DNA of 64,000 bases from Ginglymostoma cirratum (taxonomy: Eukaryota): NCBI GenBank assembly GCA_024137785.1, contig JAHRHZ010000126.1, forward strand, positions 6,374,467 to 6,438,466, read 5' to 3'. Every line of letters begins with the position of its first letter. Position 1 is the stretch's first letter. Shown piece by piece: positions 1-11,915 of the stretch. The position numbers were made by a program, and so were the translations under genes. Below the pieces are notes generated by a model. It did no database searches, was not told the DNA's origin, and saw only the letters and a program-made list of their open reading frames with translations.

Positions 1-293
1 TGTTCACCACAGAGCCATAGGAGATGTAGAATAAGGATTTGCACAAAACTAAGACAAGCTGAATGCTCTCAAGGAAGTTTGATCTATGTTCTCAAATTCA
101 GGACACAGTCAAAAAGAAGAAACTGCCTGGCTCAGAAATCCAGGAGAGTGCAAACAAGGAAGTATTTGGTTCCACTTGCTAGTGCTTGGTAGAAATTCAT
201 GAGATCAATATTTCCATTTGATGTTATGGGGCAACTACCTGATTCAGCAAGGAAGAGTTCCACAGCAATAGAAATTCAGGATAAAGCAAGGGC

Positions 294-392
294 TTTTTTC
301 TGAAGAAGGTTCCAGGCCCGAAACATCAGCCTTCCTGCTCCTCTGACGCTGCTTGGCCTGCTGTGTTCATCCAACTCTACAACTTGTTATCT
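294..392 (+). mobile_element. Non-autonomous Penelope-like pLTR fragment (family A), single arm, degenerate hammerhead core
   Basis: CTGAAGA-AGGTTCCAGGCCC-GAAA-CATC at 300-327 followed by the family-A body ending TTGTTATCT; flanked by taaagcaagggct (282-294) / taaagtaagggct (392-404), a 13-bp TSD with one mismatch. Confidence 0.8.
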
Positions 393-642
393 AAAGTAAG
401 GGCTGTCTATCTAGTTCAGCAGGATTTACATCTCAGTAAAGGTAATCCTGGAGATAAATTATCCTCCAGTAAAGAAGGACTTTACAGACAATAGTGCCAA
501 GATCATAATCCAGGTTAACAGTGGTAAAGCTGGAGAACTAGTAATTTTCCAAATTGAAAAAAGAAGCACATTCTGGAAGAATTGTGAAATTTCCAAACTG
601 CCTGAAATGGTGAAATCAGAGACTTGGGGAAAGATAGGGTAC

Positions 643-793
643 NNNNNNNNNNNNNNNNNNNNNNNNNNNNNNNNNNNNNNNNNNNNNNNNNNNNNNNNNN
701 NNNNNNNNNNNNNNNNNNNNNNNNNNNNNNNNNNNNNNNNNNNNNNNNNNNNNNNNNNNNNNNNNNNNNNNNNNNNNNNNNNNNNNNNNNNNN
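643..793. other. Assembly gap (151 N)
   Basis: Run of N. Confidence 1.
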
Positions 794-2568
794 TAAATCT
801 TGAGGAAGATATTGTATAAGGTCATGGTTCTAAAAGATAGTTGTTTAGCAGAACAGAACTTGAGTATTATAGCAAAATGATGCATTTTATTTAAGTGTTG
901 TCTTGCACTCATCAGGGAAATTCACAAGAAATATGAACATAAAGAGAAAACAACATTCATACTGCAGGAGAGTAGAGTACAGATTGGCTGGCAAATTTGA
1001 TTGGTAGAAGCATTGCCATGGACAACGCACTAGTTGGATGATGACTGACAATTAACTGCTAAGATCAGTTTAAATTTTAAACAAACCTGGTTGACTGTCA
1101 TTGATCAATTAATTTCCCTGAGAAATTACCCAAAAATTGGCTGTCACCTATTGCCTTAAGTTGAAACAGGCACAGAGTTCATACATGTTCATTTTGACTA
1201 AAATGGCTTATACAAAAATGGTTTTAAAAGATTTTGAACAACCTGGTGAAGCTACAACACAGGACTACTTACATTCAAACAGTAGAAGGTGCATGTGATA
1301 GACTGAGCTTTGTGATTCCAAAGCCCTGCAGACCTGCAAAATCACGTATGTTGGTGGACAATGAAAAAGACTAATTGAAAGAGGAGTTTCAACAAATGAA
1401 TCCATCCTCAATGATGGGAAGCCAATTTGAATGCAAAATATAACAGTCTAAAAGATTTGCAACTGTCTTCAGCCAGATGTGCCGAGTAAATAATACATCT
1501 CAGCCTCCTTCTGAGATCCTCAACATTCGAATCCTCAACATTAGTAATCTGATCAATTAGATCACTTTTCTTCTGCAAGGTGGCCTAGATGAAATGAGCC
1601 TTTGACAATAAAGATTAATACAACAGTTAGAACACTTGTATTGAGATGAAGCTTCTTACTTAAAGGAAAACATAGCAATTCAGAACAGTCAGACATAAAG
1701 CAGAAAAAGATTAGAAAAGATTTGGAACATAGATACCGACTACTGACTACTGACTCCAGCCAGAAAGGTCTTAAGTAAGTTTGAAGGCATGGTAGAAGGA
1801 ACCAAGATAAATGGTTTTGGAAGAGAACTGCAGAAGGCAAGGAAAAAGTGACCGAAGGTGTGACCTCTGCTGGAACAGTGAGTGTGGAAACAAAGAAAAA
1901 TCCTGTTCCATTGGAATGTAATAGAGTGATGTACAGCTGGAAAATATTGCTCAAATAAAGTGGAGTCCATGAAGTCACTCGAAGATGAGAACCAGAATCT
2001 TATTGTTGATTTACTGTGAACATTGAGCACATATTGTTCAGCAATGAGCATAGATATATCATCCAGATACATTCATCAGCAAGTCACTAATAAAAACACT
2101 CCGAAAGCAAGGCAAAATGTAGAATTAAAGACTCTGGAGTCAAGATTCTAAAATGAGAAAAAAAATACAGGGGTTGGGCAACTGGTATCTTTATCTTTAT
2201 TACAGCAAGCTACCTGTTACCCAGACCACTGGAAAGAGAACCTAAAAAAACCCTAATGGCAAATCTTTTCTGATTAATAAAGTCTTAATTATACCTTCTG
2301 TCAGAGAGTCAAATTTTCATATAACAATGAAATAATACTTTGCTTCAATGTTCATTCTTTTCAATGACATTAAGTATGTCTTTTGCCTTTACTCTGAATG
2401 CATTTCTCTTCCTTGATCAAACCAAGTGACCCTTGTATATCTTTCTGTAGAAAAAATTCATTTTGCCAAAATATTACAATGCTCTATTGTACTTTTTGAA
2501 CAATGGAATCTGATCTTGGTTGCAAAGTGATGCAGACTCTCTCAGACTTCTAGAAGAAAATTATTTGA

Positions 2569-3172
2569 TTGCTACAATGGTCCAGTGCAGCTCAGCGCCA
2601 GCTGGAAGAACAGCACTTCATTTTCCGCTTGGGAACTCTACAGTCTTCTGGACTTAATATCGAGTTTAACAATTTTAGGGGTTGAGGCTCCTTCTTCCAT
2701 GTTCCTACCCCACACACCAGATCTTGTTATCACATTGTCTGCTATTACACATAATCCATTGTAAACCACTAATTGTCCCATTAGTGGCTATTCTTTCTCC
2801 CAGGCTGATCGTTATCCATTCCTTTGTCCAATTGTTCTTCTCTCTCTTTGGACTCTACCTCCACCTATTAGCTACTCCTTACAGCCTCTCCCCACCCTAT
2901 CTTCTGCATAAAAACCAACATTTTCCTAGCTACAGAGATAACAGGAACTGCAGATGCTGGAGAATCCGAGATAACAAGGTATCGAGCTGGATGAACACAG
3001 CAGGCCAAGCAACATCATAGGAGCAGGAAAGCTTGATGTTTCATGCCTAGACCCTCCTAGCTACCGTCAGTTCTGAGGAAAGGTCACTGGACCCAAAGCA
3101 TTAACTCTGATATCTCTCCATAGATGCTGCCAGACCTGCTGAGATTTTTCAGAAATTTCTGTCTTTGTTTCA
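2569..3172 (+). mobile_element. 5'-truncated Penelope-like element (family B): GIY-YIG endonuclease C-terminus, 3' UTR and pLTR with decayed hammerhead
   Basis: 2569-2685 translates LLQWSSAAQRQLEEQHFIFRLGTLQSSGLNIEFNNFRG*, matching the C-terminal part of PLE GIY-YIG domains; CTGAGGA-AAGGTCACTGGACCC at 3073 then GATGCTGCCAGACCTGCTGAG. Confidence 0.8.
2934..3054 (-). mobile_element. Family-A PLE insert nested in the family-B element
   Basis: AGAGATAACAGGAACTGCAGATGCTGG...GCCTAGACCC bounded by a perfect 10-bp TSD tcctagctac (2924-2933, 3055-3064). Confidence 0.85.
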
Positions 3173-6074
3173 TTGTTTGAATCCACGTTGCCTCTTCGAA
3201 AGGGAAATGAGGAAACCTACCTGATTAACTAGGGTCATGCATGAAGAGATCAACAACAATAACAACGTGTCTTTAAAACACACTTTTAACGTAATATGAC
3301 AACCCAAGGAACTACACCAGAGCACTGTAAGACAAAATTTGACAATGACATATATAAAAAGGTTTTGGAACAGATGAACAAAAGCTTGATATAAGAAGTT
3401 GCTTTTAAAGAGAGGCTTAAAAAAGAAAAGCAAGATACAGAGGTTGAGAGGTTTAGGGAGGCAATTCTAAGTTTTGGTTCTACGAACCAAAGGTACAACC
3501 AAAGTTGGCACAATTAAATCAGTGATGTTCAAGAGATTAGATTGAGGTAAATACATTTATCTTGGAGGGTTGTGGGGCTGGAAGCAATTACAGAAATGAG
3601 AAGAAGTGAATGCCATGGAAAAATTTAAAATCATTCAAAGTGCTACCAAGGTCTAGAATAAAGGCTAACGGGGAGTGAGTCATTATATCGACTGATTTCC
3701 AACATGACTCCACTGCAAGTTACAACTTGGCTTGTTTGTTAGTACTCTACTTTAAATTTGAAGGATTAGATAGACTCCATCATCATTTCCAAGCCTTAAG
3801 ACTGAAGCATACAAAAATGTTTCAAATCAGGGCTGAGGTTAATTTTCCTTTTGGGCATGAGTGGAAAACTGGCAAGGAAATTTGAGCGGAGTGAATAATG
3901 GACAGCCAATTCACAATTTGTACCCAAAGATAAAATTATTCATTGCTATTTGCTTGTTCAGGTGAAGGGAAACAATCCCACAGCTGTACTCAGGAAAGGG
4001 GGATCTTTGACATTTGCTGGGCAACATTTCTCTTGCCAACGAGGCCAGAAGCAAATGTACTATCAGTCGTCTCATTTACTTTTTACCAGGACCCCTGTGA
4101 GCAAATTCACTGTTGCATTTTCCTACACTGGTAACTACTTTTAAAAAAAAAGCATTTGGATGTGATACACATTGGGATAGCCTTATGCTGTTAAAGAGTA
4201 CTGTGCATCGAGAAAACTTGCTGTTACTTAGTGTGTTGACAAAAGACAAGTTTTTTCGAAATTTACTGCAAAAGCGTAAATCCAGCCAACGACGCAAGTC
4301 AAGAGGCTGTTGTTTAAAAAAAGCCTGATTTCATTTCTATTGAAACCAAAGGGAAGGACAATCAGAGGTTTTATTGAAACAGGTGCTTGTACATTGCGGT
4401 GTTCTGTTGAAAATTACCTCTAGAGAATCTACCAGATGCATGATTTTCCTGAGCCTCAAGCCCTAGACTTTGAGTTTAGTTTCATTTGAATGTGTACAGA
4501 AGGATAAAGAAGCAGCCAGTGCCAAAAGTAGCAAGGTTGGTAATGTATCACTGCGGAACAGGAAGAACAGCTCGTGCTGTTCAGTTAGAATCAATACTTT
4601 GTAACAATTTGAAAGTTTCCTGAAGAATTTGTAGAAAACATGTGGTTAAAGACTTCTGTGGAAATTGATGAGGTCATTATCTGCAGAGCAGAGAATACAG
4701 CTACCCAGCTGGGCCGACTTTACAGAAAGGATATAGGGCAATGAAGTCTGAAATATTTGTGGAACACAATGGGTCATACAATTTGATCCACAAGGGCGTG
4801 ACATCCAGATGTCAGCGGGTTAGCAATTTGGCTAGTTGGAGGGAACAATAATGAAAAATCTAGGTGCAGAAAACTTGAAAAAACACACTCTTTAAACAGA
4901 TATACTTCAACAAATCAGAAAAATTCTGTAGGATGTACCTGCCATCTGTGGTTAACTAAGAATGTCAAAGATGGTATCAGCCTCAAAAAATAAAGACGTG
5001 TGACTGTACAAATAGGTGACAGGACAGAAGATTTGACATAATATAAAGAAAAGCAAAGAATTTACCGAAAGATTAATGTCTAATCTTTGAAGGCCAAGCA
5101 CTATAACACAAGTTCTTATTGCAATGGAGACAATACCGTTTAAAAGGAACAGAAGAAATAATTTAAAAAGCGAAAATCAGTGTACAGAAAAGGCCGGGAA
5201 ATAGACAGCGCGTTTTCCATTGAAAAGCTAGCACTAAAACAGGCTGAATTGGCTGAATGGCCTTTTCTGCTTTAATTTCCATGGACAGAAATTTCCTCTC
5301 CCTGGAGTATCAAGGGCAATGGCAAGAAAAAAGTATGATGAAAATTGAAGAAATCGGAATCTGACAGTGGGAAAGAATTTTCCAATTTATATTTAGCTTT
5401 AAATGGCAACTTCATAACCTTGTTATTGAGGGGCAACTACTTTATTTCCGTGCATGTACATCACGTTAAACCACCAACTCTCATCATTAATTTACTGTTT
5501 CCAATTCTCCTCTCCTTCGCTGAGAAACAAGCATGCAAATTCCTGGCATGTAAATCAGAGCTGGAAACCTGTTGGCTACAATTTATTGATTGCTTGTTCA
5601 TTCCTTCATCCAACCTTGTCTTCACTATCACATTCTTGCACGTTCCTTGAACACCATCCTCCTCCTTTCCTTCATCCACGCAAGTTGGCATTGGCAAACC
5701 ACCAGCCTCATCACATAATCATGCCTTCTTCCAGTCCAACACTCAAACAACCTTAGCCCTTCAACAAAGCTCAGGGGACATCTAGAATTTGCATGTTTCT
5801 GATTTACAGCAGAGTCATATATCCATCTCATGTATCTAAACTGGATGCATCTTAAAGCTCTTAGCTTCGTTGCTTGGCACTCACTCACTTTGTACTTATA
5901 CGTAAAGGCCACAAGCCTATCTAGCTTGCATTGCTTTTTAGCACGCAAGGATTTCAATACTCAACTACAAGTAGCCAGCTCCTGTGTCTTGCATTGCTTT
6001 TTAGCACTGAAGAAGGGGCAGGTGACATTGTCGCAGTGGAGAACGGTGAACAGTCAAGGGATGTAAGGCACTAT

Positions 6075-6391
6075 CATCATCATTATTGACAGTCCCTCAC
6101 AGACAGACATGACCCTCTTTCACTCTCAGGTTGAGTCTGTAGGGGCTGTACTGACAATGCGGCAATGCCAGATGCTGTTATACTTGGGGCAGAAGGTGGT
6201 CCAGGGAGGATTGGGGAATATTGGTGTGGCAGCACAATCATTTAGCTGTTTTAGTCTGGCTTCCTTTTTTGTTCCCAACAGCCAGTCTCAAGTTGCTCTA
6301 CGCCCTCTCGGATGCTCCTCCTCCACTTTGGACAGTCTTGTGCCAGTGATTCCCAAGTGTCTGTGGGAATGCCGCACTTCGCCAGTGTCAC
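6075..6391 (-). mobile_element. RTE-clade LINE 3' end
   Basis: Minus strand reads TLAKCGIPTDTWESLAQDCPKWRRSIREGV (RTE ORF C-terminal motif WE.LA.DR..WR), short (ATG)n-like tail, perfect 13-bp TSD tgtaaggcactat (6062-6074, 6392-6404). Confidence 0.8.
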
Positions 6392-7226
6392 TGTAAGGCA
6401 CTATACTACATTAATGTCACAATAAAAGCATGTATCAGCAGTGAACACATTTTATGTGCTTCAATAAAATGGCCATATGTGAAAGTCAGAGGAAAGCTGT
6501 CCTTAGTGGGGTTAAATGGGGACACCAATCAGTCAGGTGGCTCCACCACAGTGAGTCAAGGGTTTTTTTCTACTTCCCATCCAAGGGCTTGGCTGCAGTG
6601 AGACCTGCATTTGGTACCACCAAAGTTTGGGAATCAGTGTTTGTGAGCTCCAGGGATTGGTCCAGGTTCAGTTTTATGTGGTTTGCTTCTTAATATTCAG
6701 GGGACAGATTGGGGGAAGCCCATTAAGTCCTGGGGAAAACAGGTATATCAAGTCTGGTGTGTCTGTGTTATGGACACCAACCAATTTTACATATTAAAAA
6801 CACTTTACCCAAGTATTCTTGTTAGCAATGCAGAAAAAGTGACATAGAATTCAATTTGTGGTTCAACTCAATTTTATTGAAATATTCCTGATTAAAAAAC
6901 ACTGTATGGGCAGCTCCCAAATCCCCATATTTTTCACTCTCTATCCAGCTCTATCCATTTGAGGATACTACCTGGAATGATCCACTTGTTTGAGTTGGGC
7001 CATTGGAATCTACTTCCTCTCCAATATAGGGCTGGCTTTCTTTCAGGAATCAGTCTGATGCTGGGAATTCACTGGAGGAGGCCTAGTTGGATGTTTTAGT
7101 CAACACTCCTGGCTAATTTTATTTTAACGAATGCTTCAGCCTTACCTGTTGCACAGATATACTAGTTACCTCCATCACGGAGGATGGGAATGTTTACGGA
7201 GACTCCTCCTTTAGCGATTTATAAAA

Positions 7227-7537
7227 TTATAGAATCATACAATCCCTGTAATGTGGAAAGAGACCATTCGGCCAATCAAGTCCGCACCGACCCTCTGAAG
7301 CACATCCTACGCAGACCCACCCCAACCCTGTAACCCCGCATTTACCGTGGCTAATCCACCTAGCATACACATCCCTGGGCAGTACAGACAATTTAACATG
7401 GCCAATCCGTCTAACCTGCCCATCTTCAGACTGTGGGAGGAAACCCAAGGCGTGGGGCAGAAACCCACGCCAATAAAGGGAGAATGCGTAAACTCCACAC
7501 ACACAGTCACCCAAGGCTGTTTAACTGTCCGCCACCA
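7227..7537 (-). mobile_element. HE1/V-SINE-like SINE with CR1-derived tail
   Basis: V-domain-like segment (TAACCTGCCCATCTTCAGACTGTGGGAGGAAACC...AAACTCCACACA) plus CR1-type 3' end (CCATTCGGCC, GATTCTA tail); recognised from memory of shark SINEs. Confidence 0.7.
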
Positions 7538-8715
7538 TTCACACCATTCTTACTGTGAAGACAGGACATTGTCTCCACAAGGACTATGTGCTGGTCACTC
7601 TTAATGCTACTATCACAGACAGATGCACCTGTCGCAGGAGGATTGGTGAGGATGAGGTAATATATAGTCTTCCCCCTTCTTCATTCCCTCACCACACACA
7701 GCAGGCACGATATCTTATAGGACCCAAATATCTCAGTCTGTAGAGGTGCCGCTGAGCCACTCTTGGTGCCAGCACGGTGCTGATCTGTTGTTGGACTCCT
7801 CTGTTCTTTGATATGGATCACTGACTGACTCTGGAAAACCTGGCTGATGTTCCTCTGCCTGTCTCTGCTGTTTAACCATATCATTGAAAGCAAAGAACAA
7901 GGCCTCACTTTCTACTGGGGTTGAACAGTTGCCCAGTCTCCGGCACTCCTTTAAGTTCCAGAAATCGGGAGAGCTTTTTTCCCTTGGCTAGCTGCCAATG
8001 TTCACACCATTATGGTCCTGAGTGCAACCAAGTTGGAAATCCCTGAGGTAGTGGACAATACTTGTCAGTGCATCTTCAAAGTGTTCAGAGACTGGTGGAG
8101 ATTCACGGATTGCCACTGCTGCTTGCAATAGAGAAGAAATTAGTTGTAGAAGATGTATACAAGCTGTGCAGATTAAGAATGAGCGAACGCCAGCTGTAAG
8201 AGGAGAGCTGCAAAATACAATGGAGATCCCTGGGTTTCTTGCCCACTGAGGTGTCTCGAAATCCACACGAACAGTCATGTTCTACTCCAGCCAGAGTTAT
8301 GATAGTCTACTCATAGGGAGTGAGAATCCTGAGGTCTAAACACTATCCCACTCCCTCACACCCAGCCACCACACTTGGACTGGGCTTGATCCTCTCGGTT
8401 TGATAATGGGCAGTTTAATGAGACTAAAGGAAGGGATTGTGTAGAATGGAAATGCATGGAAGAGCAGTTAGCCGATGTAGTGATAATACATGAGTTGGAG
8501 AGGTGGTGAGGCATCCGCATTGAATGAGTAGAGATCACAGAGGAAGAAAGGCTTTGTAGTTTGTGATCATGAGGTGGGTGAAAGTCATTGAATAGACATG
8601 CTGCCTGCAATAGAGAGAATTACAGTCCATGAGTCATTATGAGGTGTACATATAGTGGCAGAGTTAGAGTGAATGATGATCCTGTTAGTGAGAGATCACA
8701 GGAAGAGGATATTGG

Positions 8716-8930
8716 CATTTACCCTTGAAGAACACAGAAGATATTGCTGCACAGTTGGGAACTCCTTTTAACTTGGGCTTGTGCTGCAATTTGTGTCCAA
8801 ATCGGCTGTCCCTGGTGTCATGGCTTTCTATGGTGGTCCTCTGGGAATAGGACTGCCCTGCTCTACCCAACACCTCTGGGTCTCTGTCTGTGAAGTGGGA
8901 GCTTGATCGCCTTTCTTCTAAGCCATGTCT
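8716..8930 (-). mobile_element. Possible decayed Myb/SANT-like gene fragment of a PIF/Harbinger transposon
   Basis: Frameshifted minus-strand translation (HFTDRDPEVL...VLFPEDHHRKP*...WTQIAAQ...RSSQLC) followed by a G|GTAAAT donor-like site; weak similarity. Confidence 0.35.
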
Positions 8931-9809
8931 TCAATGAGAACGATGACAGCACAATTTAAAGATGAATTCCTGTTTTACAGCGTCTGAAGTGCTACATCGT
9001 TCCATGTTCCCACATAATTTACGTCATTTTCCTGCTCATTTAATTATGTGGCCAATGATGAACGTCAGTACATGAAGAAGTACAATGGAGCTTAAAATAA
9101 ATACCGCCAGCATCTACTGAGCAGACTTCTTTTACACATTATATCACTGGGCTTATTAATGTCACTTGTGTTTTAAAGATAATGCAAGATAAATTTTGAT
9201 ATGGGGTTTGCTTTTTTTAAACATTTGAATGTTAAATATGATGGTAGAGTGGCGTACACCAAAAGGTCTCATCAATGACAAGCTCTTGCGTCTCCAGCTG
9301 AGAGATTCCAAGGAAGGTGCCCAAAAGTATGGTTGCATCATTAAGAAAGTGAACTGCAGAAGAAAGCATGAGAAAATCATTCTAGGTCATTGTGGACTGA
9401 GTGTCATCAAACTCACTCAGCAAATGTTTCAAATGGAAATGAGAAAATTGTGCATTTCTTACACGCAACAGTCAAAGAGCACACAAATTGATGGCTAAAT
9501 AGCTTTGGAGAACTGGCTACAAATCTAAATTTTATTGTAATATTGCAGACTTTGTTCCAGAGACATTTATCAATTTTATTTAAATTTTTTCATCGCTCAT
9601 TTTAAGAAACTACACATTGTATTTAAATTTGGATCTTGGACAGACTGGCACGTCATAGGCAACACATATGCTACAGACTCAGAGACAGATCATTTTATGC
9701 AGCATGCTCTGAACATTAACTTCGCAGAGTTCACATTGATATTACCGAAAAAGGTTGAAGTTGTAAAGTAGCCCTCACAGCAATCCACTGTGGTGAACAC
9801 AAGCAGTCG

Positions 9810-11370
9810 AGGATGGTATCCAATCAGAAACCTAGGCACAAATTGGCTAGAAGTGGAAGGCGGGAGGATTGGGAGCTTCTTGGGAACAATTAGCAGATGA
9901 CGAAAAAGCTATTAAAAAGGAAGCAATGAATTATAAAAGTAAATTGGCAAGATATATAAAAACAATCTGAAGCTTCTATGGGTATATAAAAACAAAAGGG
10001 AGCTAAAGTAAGTACAGGACCCTTGGAGGATGCAATTGGGAAATTAATAACAGGGAGCAGGGAAATAGCAGATAATTTAAAGCAATATTTTGGATTGCTC
10101 CTCCCTGTGGAGCACACTATAAACGTTCCAAAGATGACAGGTAATTAAGAGGAAAATAGGAGGAAAGATCTAGTAACAATCTCTGCCATGAGGGACAAAA
10201 TATGTGACAAACCAAGTGGGGCCAAAGGCAGACAAGTCATCAGGACCTGATGGCCTGACTCCAAGAGAGTTAAAGGAGGTTGTTGCAAGGAAAGTAGCGG
10301 CATTGGTCCAAATATTTCGGAACCAGTACAATTAACAGTAAAGAAGGTCATCTAAGATTACAAAGGGATCTTGATCAATTGTGTCAATGGGCTGTGGAGT
10401 GGCAGACGGAGTTTAATTTGGATAAATGTGAGAAATTCTATTTTGGTAAAACAAACAAGGGCAGGGCTTATACAGTTAGTGGTAGGGCCATGGGTAGTGT
10501 TTTTCTACAGAAAGGACCTTGGGGATTAGAGACATAGTTCTTTGTAAGTTGCATCACAGGTAGACAGGGTGATTAAGAAGTCTTCCATTGTTCAGACCAT
10601 TGAATATAGGAGTTGGGATGTTACATTGAGGTTGTACAGGACATTGGTGGGGCCATTTTTGGAGTACTGTATACATTTCTGGTCACCCTGCCAAATGAAG
10701 GATATTATTAAATTGGTGGGTTCAAGATGTTGCCAGGACTGAAGGGTTTGAGTTAGAGGGAGAGGCTGGATAGTCTGGGACTTTTTTCACTGGCGCATAA
10801 GAGGTTGGCGGATAACCTTATAGAGTTTTATAAAATCATGACGGGCATACATAAGGTGAATAGCAAAGGTCTTTTCTGTAGGGTGAGTGAGTTCAAAACA
10901 AAAGGGCATATTTTTAATGTGAGAGAAGAAATATTTAAAAGGGGTCTGAGAGACAACTTTTTCAGATAAAAGGTGGTTCGTTTGTGAAATGAACTGCCAG
11001 AGGAAGTGGTAGATGGAGGCACAGTTACAACTTTCAAAAGATGTTTGGATAGATACATGAATAGCAAAGATTTAGAGGCATGTGGACCAAATGCAGGCAA
11101 ATGGGACTAATTTAGTTTGAGAAACTTGGTCAGCATGGACAAGTTGGACTGAAGGGTCTGTTTCCGCATTGCATGACTCTATGATTCTGTGAGTCTTTAA
11201 TACTCATTAGATTTCAGGAGGCTTCAGTAGATTGGAAAACTGCTGATGTGAATGTCTTTATTCAAGAAGGGAGAGAGACAGAAAGTAGGAAACTCTGGAC
11301 CTGTTAGCCTAACATCTATCATTGGGAAAATGCTAGAATGCATTGTTAAGGTAGAATAGCAAAACAGGAA
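9810..11370 (+). mobile_element. Fragmented CR1 LINE (ORF2 pieces and 3' end)
   Basis: Decayed ORF2 motifs (WQTEFNLDKC, LEYCIHFWSP), CR1 3' end GTTGGACTGAAGGGTCTGTTTCC...GACTCTATGATTCT near 11140-11190. Confidence 0.8.
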
Positions 11371-11733
11371 GAATAGCAAGATCGGGTTAGCAGGTTGTTC
11401 TGGTTGTGACCTTTGCAATCAATGTCTTCAGATGCTCCCAGAAGGACAAAGTCCTATCTAGAGTCACTCTAAGTATATGGGTTTGAGGTTATTCTTTCGT
11501 TTCTGGCCATCCACGTAGAAATTCAATACTTTTTTGGCATTAGCATTACAGAGGTGGAATATATCTCCACAATGTACAAACACGAACACTCTATGCTTTT
11601 AGAGATATTCAGTGTGAGACACTATATTCTGCTGTAGCAGCCTTGATGACAATTGTTTTAAAATAATGGATTGCTTTGTATAATTGAATACTCATGCTGT
11701 TGGGCAATTAAGTCACAACTTTAGACAGCTTCA

Positions 11734-11915
11734 GAGATAACAAGCATGGGGCTGGATGAACACAGCAGGTCAAGCAGAAAAAATTTTCTGATGAAGGGTT
11801 TAGGCCCGAAACGTCAAGTTTTCCTGCTCCTACGATGCTGCTTGACCTGCTGTGTTCATCCAGCCCCATGCTTGTTATCTTGGATTCTCCAGCATCTGCA
11901 GTACCTTTTATCTCT
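11734..11915 (+). mobile_element. Family-A palindromic PLE insert
   Basis: Perfect 43-bp inverted arms 11735-11777 / 11838-11880, 34-bp tail on the right arm only, 9-bp direct repeat acagcttca (11725-11733, 11919-11927). Confidence 0.85.
11788..11815 (+). ncRNA. Minimal type-I hammerhead ribozyme motif (intact core)
   Basis: CTGATGA-A-GGGTTTAGGCCC-GAAA-CGTC; helix II GGGU/GCCC, GUC cleavage triplet, short helix I (UUU/AAG). Confidence 0.75.

Noticed and set aside
607-912. ORFs spanning the first N-run
   Set aside because: Artefacts of translating the assembly gap
1562-2072. 138-aa and 110-aa minus-strand ORFs
   Set aside because: No recognisable domain or splice structure; low-complexity composition
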